Source: a virus
Direction: 5' to 3' (one strand)
Virus record (IMG/VR): IMGVR_UViG_3300025137_004926
Length of the DNA stretch: 64,000 nucleotides
The position numbers and the translations under genes were made by a program. Under the pieces are notes generated by a model. The model did no database searches and was not told the DNA's origin. It saw only the letters and a list, made by a program, of their open reading frames with translations. Shown here in pieces: positions 9,208 to 16,067 of the stretch. The stretch's first letter is position 1; each line of letters begins with the position of its first letter.

Positions 9208-10380
9208 ATGCATATTGAGAATGAAATAAAATTAAACTACGATGATGTTCTAATTAGACCTAAACGTAGTACCTTAGGTTCACGTAAAGCAGTTGATTTA
9301 GAACGTGGATTTACTTTCCGTAACTACAAACCATACGTATCACCCGATGTATTACCAGATGGATATCCAGTAGTACAAGAACAATATAGACACTATCGTG
9401 GTACACCTATTATGGCAAGTAACATGGACGGTGTTGGGACATTTGAAATGGCAGATGAGTTAGCTGAACAAAATATCATGACTTGCTTAGTTAAAACTTA
9501 TTCAACTAATCAGCTTGTTAGTTTTTTTGATGGTGATATAGATAGTAAAAGAACAAACTATGTAGCTTATTCAATGGGCATCACTGAAAAAGATGAACAA
9601 AAATTTAGATTAGTTTATGAACAAGCACCTGGTATTAAGTATGTTTGTATTGATGTTGCAAACGGATATTCAGAAAGATTTACTGATTTCGTAAGAGAGT
9701 TTAGAAGTCACTATCCAAATGTTGTTATAATTGCTGGTAACGTAGTTACTGCGGATCAAACACAAGAATTAATTTTGAATGGGGCAGATGTTGTTAAAGT
9801 TGGCATCGGTCCTGGTAGTGTATGCACTACTAGAATACAAACTGGTGTGGGCTATCCTCAACTTTCGGCTGTCATTGAATGTGCAGATGCGGCTCATGGC
9901 CTTGGTGGACATATTATTGCTGATGGTGGGTGTAACTGCCCTGGAGATATAGCAAAGGCATTTGCTGGTGGCGCCGATTATGTAATGTTAGGAGGTATGT
10001 TAGCAGGACATGATGAAGGTGGTGGCGAAGTAATTACTAAACACTACGCCAACAGTGAAGCAACACTGTTAGACAATGGCAACTACATGCCGCACTATGA
10101 ACAAAAGCAATTTGTACAATTCTACGGCATGAGTTCAAATGCGGCTAATACAAAGCACTTTGGTGGATTAAAAGATTATCGTGCTAGTGAAGGTCGTGAA
10201 GTACTTGTACCATATAGAGGAAAAGTAGAAAATACAATACAAACTATTTTAGGCGGCATTCGCTCTACGTGTACATATGCAGGTGCAAAAAGGTTGAAAC
10301 ATTTATCAAAATGTGCTACATTTATTAGAACAAATAGTCAGTTTAATAAAACATATGAATCAACAACAACAAAGATGTGA
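9208..10380 (+). CDS. guaC: GMP reductase
   Basis: DDVLIRPKRSTLGSR, CIDVANGYSE, KVGIGPGSVCTTR, FYGMSS and YRASEG motifs. Confidence 0.95.
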   Translation: MHIENEIKLNYDDVLIRPKRSTLGSRKAVDLERGFTFRNYKPYVSPDVLPDGYPVVQEQYRHYRGTPIMASNMDGVGTFEMADELAEQNIMTCLVKTYSTNQLVSFFDGDIDSKRTNYVAYSMGITEKDEQKFRLVYEQAPGIKYVCIDVANGYSERFTDFVREFRSHYPNVVIIAGNVVTADQTQELILNGADVVKVGIGPGSVCTTRIQTGVGYPQLSAVIECADAAHGLGGHIIADGGCNCPGDIAKAFAGGADYVMLGGMLAGHDEGGGEVITKHYANSEATLLDNGNYMPHYEQKQFVQFYGMSSNAANTKHFGGLKDYRASEGREVLVPYRGKVENTIQTILGGIRSTCTYAGAKRLKHLSKCATFIRTNSQFNKTYESTTTKM

Positions 10381-10628
10381 TGGCTAAATATAAAATAAAC
10401 ATTGCTAAATCGAACACAGATATAGGGGTAGGGCTTCCATATTCTGTCATAGCACAGATATTACCAGAAAGTAATACCGATGGTGATATAGTAAAGTTGT
10501 TTAGAACAGATTTATCAGGGAGTTATTCACAAAAAGATATCTCTTGTCATATTGATAATTATACAAGAATTGCCACAATACGATTTAGAAATGAAAAAGA
10601 TTGTGCAGATTTCTTAATGAGATATTAA
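10377..10628 (+). CDS. Hypothetical protein
   Basis: 83 aa coupled ORF. Confidence 0.55.
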   Translation: MMAKYKINIAKSNTDIGVGLPYSVIAQILPESNTDGDIVKLFRTDLSGSYSQKDISCHIDNYTRIATIRFRNEKDCADFLMRY

Positions 10629-10651
10629 TAACTAACATAGAAAGGACCATA

Positions 10652-10882
10652 ATGGAATTTAATGACGGAATATTTAAGACATTAAAAGATTTAGCAGTAA
10701 AAAGTGATTCAATAACCCTTGCATTAATATATACTTTAGGACACATTATCATAGCAATGACAGTTGTTAGTCTAATGACAGGTGCAAGTTTATGGGAAGC
10801 AGGTTCAGTTGCATTAGTAGAACCAGCAATTAACGGTGTTTGGTTTTTTGTATTACATAAACTTTGGAAAAAGTTTGCATGA
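10652..10882 (+). CDS. DUF2061-like membrane protein
   Basis: IYTLGH..IAM.V...TGA..W.AG.VAL.EP..N.VWFFVLH.LW pattern; AAGGA RBS. Confidence 0.7.
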   Translation: MEFNDGIFKTLKDLAVKSDSITLALIYTLGHIIIAMTVVSLMTGASLWEAGSVALVEPAINGVWFFVLHKLWKKFA

Positions 10883-11274
10883 AAATAAATGAATGGGCCG
10901 ATAATTTAAGTCTGTTTGAAGACGGGACTGATAGATTAACCTATCTTATAGAACTTGCAAGAAAGTCTACTACTTTGCCACAAGAATTAAGAACAAAAGA
11001 TAGATTAGTAGGCGGATGTATGTCACAGATATGGATTGATGTAGGTGTTGTAGAAGATAAAGTGAAAGTATATTACGATAGTGATGCAATGATAACAAAA
11101 GGTATTACAAGTATTGTTGCAGATTGTTTCTCTGATATTCCAGTTGCAGAAGCAAAACAAATTACACATGATGATTTTCAAAGTCTAAATATTCAGCAGT
11201 TGTTATCACAACAACGTAGAAACGGATTAGGAAATTTAATCGAAACTATAAGAAAAAAGGTACACGTACTATGA
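10879..11274 (+). CDS. sufE: SufE family sulfur acceptor
   Basis: VGGCMSQIW, DSDAMITKG and LS.QRRNG motifs. Confidence 0.88.
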   Translation: MKINEWADNLSLFEDGTDRLTYLIELARKSTTLPQELRTKDRLVGGCMSQIWIDVGVVEDKVKVYYDSDAMITKGITSIVADCFSDIPVAEAKQITHDDFQSLNIQQLLSQQRRNGLGNLIETIRKKVHVL

Positions 11275-11594
11275 AATATGTAATAGATATAGATGGAACT
11301 ATTTGCACAGAAGTTCTATTAGCAAATGGCAGTAAAGATTATGCCAATCATATTCCTATGCCAGAACGCATTGACAAAGTAAATGAATTATATGATGCCG
11401 GTCATACTATCAAGTATATGACTGCACGTGGAGCCGTAAGTGGTGTGGACTATCACAACTTAACAAACAATCAATTAGTCAAATGGGGAGCTAAATTCCA
11501 TGAACTAAGTGTTGGTAAAAAAGAACACTATGATGTTTGGATTGATGATAAAGCATTTTGGAGTGAAGATTTTTTTCGAAAAGGCACATCATGA
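11271..11594 (+). CDS. HAD phosphatase (capsule biosynthesis phosphatase-like)
   Basis: DIDGTIC, YMTARG and IDDKA motifs. Confidence 0.8.
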   Translation: MKYVIDIDGTICTEVLLANGSKDYANHIPMPERIDKVNELYDAGHTIKYMTARGAVSGVDYHNLTNNQLVKWGAKFHELSVGKKEHYDVWIDDKAFWSEDFFRKGTS

Positions 11595-12001
11595 AGATAG
11601 GATTTACATGTAGTTCGTTTGACTTGTTACACGCAGGTCATACATTGATGTTAGAAGAAGCAAAAGCACAATGCGATTATCTTATTGTAGGATTACAAAC
11701 AGACCCTTCAATAGATAGACCAACAAAGAACAAACCCGTACAGACAGTTGTTGAAAGATATTTACAACTACGTGCATGTAAATACGTAGATGAGATTATT
11801 CCATATGGTACTGAACAAGACTTAGAAGATATTCTTTCAGGTATGGATATTGATGTAAGGATTTTAGGTGTAGAATACAGAGACAAAGATTTTACAGGTC
11901 ATGATATCTGTAAAAAACGTGAGATAGAAATACATTTTAATGAACGAGACCATAGGTTTAGTTCAAGTGACTTACGTATGAGGGTAGCTAAATGCAAATG
12001 A
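11591..12001 (+). CDS. Glycerol-3-phosphate cytidylyltransferase-like nucleotidyltransferase
   Basis: FDLLHAGH (HxGH) and R.H.FSSS motifs. Confidence 0.88.
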   Translation: MKIGFTCSSFDLLHAGHTLMLEEAKAQCDYLIVGLQTDPSIDRPTKNKPVQTVVERYLQLRACKYVDEIIPYGTEQDLEDILSGMDIDVRILGVEYRDKDFTGHDICKKREIEIHFNERDHRFSSSDLRMRVAKCK

Positions 12002-12321
12002 ATTTGTGGGAAATTGACGGACAGATAGTAAAAGAAGATGATAGATATACAGTAAAAGATAATACTTTATTAAAAAATTTAATAGTTAGTTCAACTACAT
12101 TACATTCAGGGAAATCTACCAGCGGACATAAACATGAAGGACAAGAAGAAGTTTATATGTTTTTAAAAGGTCATGGCACTATGGAACTTGATGATAAACT
12201 ATTACATGTCATTGAAGGTGATTGTGTATTAATCGAAGATGGTGTTTTTCACCGTGTGAACAATAATGGTAACGGTGATTTATATTTTGTGTGCGTTTTC
12301 GATGGAAGCAGAAATCATTAA
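11992..12321 (+). CDS. Cupin domain protein
   Basis: GHKHEGQEEVY...G.FHRV motif. Confidence 0.85.
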   Translation: MQMNLWEIDGQIVKEDDRYTVKDNTLLKNLIVSSTTLHSGKSTSGHKHEGQEEVYMFLKGHGTMELDDKLLHVIEGDCVLIEDGVFHRVNNNGNGDLYFVCVFDGSRNH

Positions 12322-12485
12322 TGAGAATCATACTAGTGATGTTAATGCTTTTATTAACCTCTTGCGCCAGCAATCCAACAGAAAAACAAAAAGAGGACAG
12401 AAAAAAATTGACAATTATACGTACAATTGGTTGTGTAGTAGTACCTACTTTACCTACATGTATAATACCAATACCAGGTAAGTGA
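12321..12485 (+). CDS. Small lipoprotein
   Basis: MRIILVMLMLLLTSC lipobox. Confidence 0.55.
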   Translation: MRIILVMLMLLLTSCASNPTEKQKEDRKKLTIIRTIGCVVVPTLPTCIIPIPGK

Positions 12486-12486
12486 T

Positions 12487-13401
12487 ATGAAAGTTTATAT
12501 AAATTATAGAGCAGGTAGTGGTGGTGATTTCTTAAAAGTAGCATTATGGTTATTGATGCATCCAGAAATTAAAATAGATTGGAATAAGACTGTTAAGTGG
12601 AAACCAGCACCAGTAAATCATGTAAAACCAGTACCAGGTTCAATAATATTTGCTGAACATGGTTCTACAAGATATCGATTATGTGGGTTACTAGAAGATG
12701 GATCTATAAAGCCTGCAACTATATTATCTAATGAAAGTGTAATTCAGTTTGGTAATACTTATGGATTTAAAGATAATACTATATCTAATATGTCATTTCT
12801 TTATGCACATAAGCATAATATACCAGTAAAAGATGCACTTGTAAAAATAGCAAAAGCCCAAATAAAAAATAAGTGGGTAGAAGATGAAGAAGATTTTGAG
12901 CATACAGTTATAGGTTCACATTATACATTTAACAATGAGTTGTTTGATATTGAAGAATTATATAAAAGTGTTAGTGGTTTATCATTTGACAAAATCATTT
13001 CTATTATACCTAAAAAACCAAGTGAGTCGCTTTTAATAAGACATTTAGATGTTATAAAAAACCATGGTATAAATCATGACCAAACAATAAATGAAACATA
13101 TAATAACTTACAAAAAATTGCACAAGTTATGAATAATGATATAAAAGCAAGAAATATTGCTGAACAACGTGGTTATGGTATTATATCATTTGAAGAACTA
13201 CATTGTTCAACTGATTTAGAACTAGTAACTGTACTAAGCGAACATGTAGAAGGGTTAGAAGTCAGCGATGCATACTTAAGTTTTCATAAAAAGTATACAG
13301 ATTTGAACAATATAAAAACACGACTAAACAGTAATAAACTAAAAATATGTAATGAAACTATTGAAGAATATATGAAAGAGGTAGATAAGTGGGTATTATA
13401 A
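12487..13401 (+). CDS. Hypothetical protein, possible sulfotransferase/P-loop-like fold
   Basis: N-terminal YRAGSGGDFL motif; 304 aa. Confidence 0.55.
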   Translation: MKVYINYRAGSGGDFLKVALWLLMHPEIKIDWNKTVKWKPAPVNHVKPVPGSIIFAEHGSTRYRLCGLLEDGSIKPATILSNESVIQFGNTYGFKDNTISNMSFLYAHKHNIPVKDALVKIAKAQIKNKWVEDEEDFEHTVIGSHYTFNNELFDIEELYKSVSGLSFDKIISIIPKKPSESLLIRHLDVIKNHGINHDQTINETYNNLQKIAQVMNNDIKARNIAEQRGYGIISFEELHCSTDLELVTVLSEHVEGLEVSDAYLSFHKKYTDLNNIKTRLNSNKLKICNETIEEYMKEVDKWVL

Positions 13402-14174
13402 AAGAAAAGGTATTAGAAGTAAAACATTATACAGATAACTTAATGCATTTTAAAACTACACGTGCCTCTGGGACGAGGTTTCGTGATGGAGAGTTCTTAA
13501 TGATTGGGTTAGATAATTGGTCAGAGAAATTACAAAAGAACAAACCAATTATGAGAGCATATTCGGTTGCATCACCAAACTATGAAGAATATATGGAATG
13601 GTACTCAATTAAGGTACCAGATGGCCCATTAACGAGTAGATTACAACATATAAAACCAGGTGATGAAATACTTGTCAATGATAAATCAGTTGGCACATTA
13701 GTCATGCCTAATCTTAAACCAGGCAGAAATTTATATCTACTTGCTACTGGTACTGGTGTTGCACCATTTATGAGTTTAGTAAGAGGATTAGAAACGTATG
13801 AAGATTTTGATAATGTAATCTTAGTATGGGGAACTAGAACAGTAAAAGAACTTGCATATAAAGAATTCTTGGAAGGGTTGAATGAACATGAGATATGGGG
13901 AGAAATAACTCAAGGTAAGTTTAAATTTTATCCTACAGTAACACGTGAAGAATTCGAAAATACAGGCAGAGTAACTACTGCTATGTATGAAAACAAAGTA
14001 CAAGATAAATTAGGATTACCTAAATTAGACAAAGAACAAGATAGAATTATGATATGTGGCTCAATGCCGATGAATGTTGAATTAAAAGAATACTTAGAAG
14101 GATTAGGTTTTACAGAAGGAAGTAATAGGGTCCAAGGTGAGTATGTATTAGAAAAAGCATTTGTAGAAAAATGA
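13389..14174 (+). CDS. fpr: Ferredoxin/flavodoxin--NADP+ reductase
   Basis: RAYSVAS, GPLTSRL, ATGTGVAPF, TVTRE, MICGS and EKAF motifs. Confidence 0.95.
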   Translation: MGIIKEKVLEVKHYTDNLMHFKTTRASGTRFRDGEFLMIGLDNWSEKLQKNKPIMRAYSVASPNYEEYMEWYSIKVPDGPLTSRLQHIKPGDEILVNDKSVGTLVMPNLKPGRNLYLLATGTGVAPFMSLVRGLETYEDFDNVILVWGTRTVKELAYKEFLEGLNEHEIWGEITQGKFKFYPTVTREEFENTGRVTTAMYENKVQDKLGLPKLDKEQDRIMICGSMPMNVELKEYLEGLGFTEGSNRVQGEYVLEKAFVEK

Positions 14175-14208
14175 TAAGTACATACATTAGAAAGGAATTA
14201 AGGAACTT

Positions 14209-14451
14209 ATGAAAGCAACAGTATACAGTAAAAATGCATGTGGGTATTGTGTTCAAGCAAAATCTTTACTAAAGATGAAAGGTATAGAAATTCAAGAATT
14301 TAATATACAACTTGATAACGATGCACGTGTGAGATTATTTGAAGAATGTAGTAAAATTAATGTAGTACCAAGAACTGCACCTCAGATATGGTTAGACGAT
14401 GAATATATCGGCGGATATCACGAACTACAGAAACATTTCGACAATGCATGA
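14209..14451 (+). CDS. Glutaredoxin
   Basis: CGYC, TAPQI and IGG motifs. Confidence 0.92.
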   Translation: MKATVYSKNACGYCVQAKSLLKMKGIEIQEFNIQLDNDARVRLFEECSKINVVPRTAPQIWLDDEYIGGYHELQKHFDNA

Positions 14452-15067
14452 TTATACTTTTTTAACAGGTGCACCAGGATCAAGATGGTCTGGTATTGCA
14501 CAAATCATTTCACAGAACTTCAATTATAACAATTCAGATGAAACAGACTGGAGAGTTTACAAGCATGGAGAATTCTCAGGACATAGAGGCGCTTATTGGG
14601 GTCCCCATATGGAATTAGGTCAAAACTTTCATAGTCTTGAAAGAAATTACAGTAATGATATCGTAGGATTTAAGAAAGCATGTGATATAGGATTTATAGA
14701 ACCTATTTCAGCAAAACCAAAGATGATTAAGTGTCACCAATTTGCTTACAGTTTAGATTGGTTAAATCAAAATATAGAAAATTCACAGATACTAATAGTC
14801 AAAAGAGGAAACCAAGAATGCTTTGATTGGTGGCATGAAGCAGGTGGTTGGAATATATACTATCCAAAATATACATGGTATGTAGATGATAATCATATGA
14901 TGCATTATATTGAAGCAGAAAATAAACTATTAAATGAATTCGTTAAAAGAAATGGTGAATGGGAAGATTTCAATGAAGAATGGTTGACAGAAGAATATGG
15001 TGAACATAATATTGAAATTAGTAAAGACAAGTACAAAGACCTAAAAGTTTGCCTAATTAAAACTTGA
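14444..15067 (+). CDS. Hypothetical protein, sulfotransferase/P-loop-like
   Basis: FLTGAPGSRWSG and IKCH motifs. Confidence 0.55.
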   Translation: MHDYTFLTGAPGSRWSGIAQIISQNFNYNNSDETDWRVYKHGEFSGHRGAYWGPHMELGQNFHSLERNYSNDIVGFKKACDIGFIEPISAKPKMIKCHQFAYSLDWLNQNIENSQILIVKRGNQECFDWWHEAGGWNIYYPKYTWYVDDNHMMHYIEAENKLLNEFVKRNGEWEDFNEEWLTEEYGEHNIEISKDKYKDLKVCLIKT

Positions 15068-15091
15068 CATCATACAAAAATGTGCTATATT
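15064..15091 (+). promoter_or_regulatory. Sigma70-type early promoter
   Basis: TTGACA...TGC-TATATT, overlapping the upstream stop codon. Confidence 0.65.
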
Positions 15092-15114
15092 AATATATAA
15101 TTACAAGGAGTATT

Positions 15115-15447
15115 ATGTACGAGTTTGAAAATGATGATATGATAGATGTTGAAGGTGTTGACCTTCAAGGGTATGTATCTACTACATACCAAAAACTAGT
15201 AGACACATTCGGCGATCCTACAATAGGAAGTGATATGTCTGATGCTGAATGGGTTTTACAATTTAAAGTGCCTCATAATGACGAGGGGTACAGTGAAGAA
15301 GTTGAATACGTTTCGGCTACTGTACATAAGGTAGACGAATGGGACGAAGATAATATTCCTGATGGAATTTACAAATGGCATGTAAGTGGATTTGATGAAG
15401 ATGCACTTGAATGTGTCAAGGAAGTACTAGGCGAAGAAGATGAGTAA
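15115..15447 (+). CDS. Hypothetical acidic protein
   Basis: AAGGAG RBS; LQGYV.TTY..LV..FG.P motif. Confidence 0.7.
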   Translation: MYEFENDDMIDVEGVDLQGYVSTTYQKLVDTFGDPTIGSDMSDAEWVLQFKVPHNDEGYSEEVEYVSATVHKVDEWDEDNIPDGIYKWHVSGFDEDALECVKEVLGEEDE

Positions 15448-15619
15448 AAAGAAAGCACATTTTTTATATCTTATTGACCATGGTGATGGCAATGATGAAA
15501 TGAAATTAATGACAGAAGCCGAAGCGGCTCACTATTCACTTATACATGAAAGAGAAGTTTGGAATGTCCATAGTGCATTAGATATGGATCCAGAAATGCT
15601 TGATACTAAAATATTGTAA
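15440..15619 (+). CDS. Small hypothetical protein (59 aa)
   Basis: Translated by hand; overlaps the upstream gene end. Confidence 0.55.
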   Translation: MSKKKAHFLYLIDHGDGNDEMKLMTEAEAAHYSLIHEREVWNVHSALDMDPEMLDTKIL

Positions 15620-15667
15620 ATACAATATATTGTAAGTAAACTAAACCACAAATTGTAGTAAATACTT

Positions 15668-15770
15668 ATGCAGGCTTTTAGCCTGCACTTTAGTACGGTG
15701 CTCCCTGCACCGTTCTCTAGTCCTCTTCGCCAACTGACCCGGTAGTAGCAATACTATCGGGTCTTTTTTT
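15668..15770 (+). ncRNA. Candidate small RNA of about 100 nt (two hairpins, CU-rich linker, intrinsic terminator)
   Basis: TAAATA at 15659-15664; hairpins TGCAGGCT/AGCCTGCA and ACGGTGC/GCACCGT; GC-rich relative to the genome. Confidence 0.65.
15736..15770 (+). terminator. Intrinsic terminator
   Basis: GACCCGGTAGTA-gcaa-TACTATCGGGTC followed by T7. Confidence 0.9.
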
Positions 15771-16036
15771 GCTTGTTTTGAAACGGATTTTAATTAAAAT
15801 ACTAAATATTTGTATGGAAAAGACAAGTAGTTTTCTGTTTTACAGTTTACTATCGCAAACCAACTGATATCGCAAAGAAGCGATTAATATGAATTATTGC
15901 GAAGTCCCTTCTATTTGTGAGGTGCAAAAGGTTCGAACCGAGATTTGCATTGCAACAGCAACATAGAGGTCTTCTATTCAGAATAAAGGGTTGCACTTTT
16001 GGGTGCAACCCACTGAAACATAATCAGTGCGGTAGA

Positions 16037-16042
16037 TAAATA
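16037..16042 (+). promoter_or_regulatory. T4-like late promoter core (TAAATA) upstream of putA
   Basis: GATAAATA ending 25 nt before the ATG; the same motif precedes many structural genes. Confidence 0.6.
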
Positions 16043-16067
16043 CATACATAAGTAAAGCAGGGAAAAT

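Noticed and set aside
15855-15880. GCAAACC...CGCAAAG resembling a c-di-GMP-I riboswitch
   Set aside because: The spacing is too short and the GAAA-capped P2 helix is absent.
15865-15890. TGA plus hairpin as a selenocysteine codon with SECIS
   Set aside because: The hairpin position and loop do not fit a bacterial SECIS, and there is no redox motif context.
15925-15950. GGTTCGAA as a tRNA or tmRNA T-loop
   Set aside because: No cloverleaf, acceptor stem or CCA end can be built on either strand.
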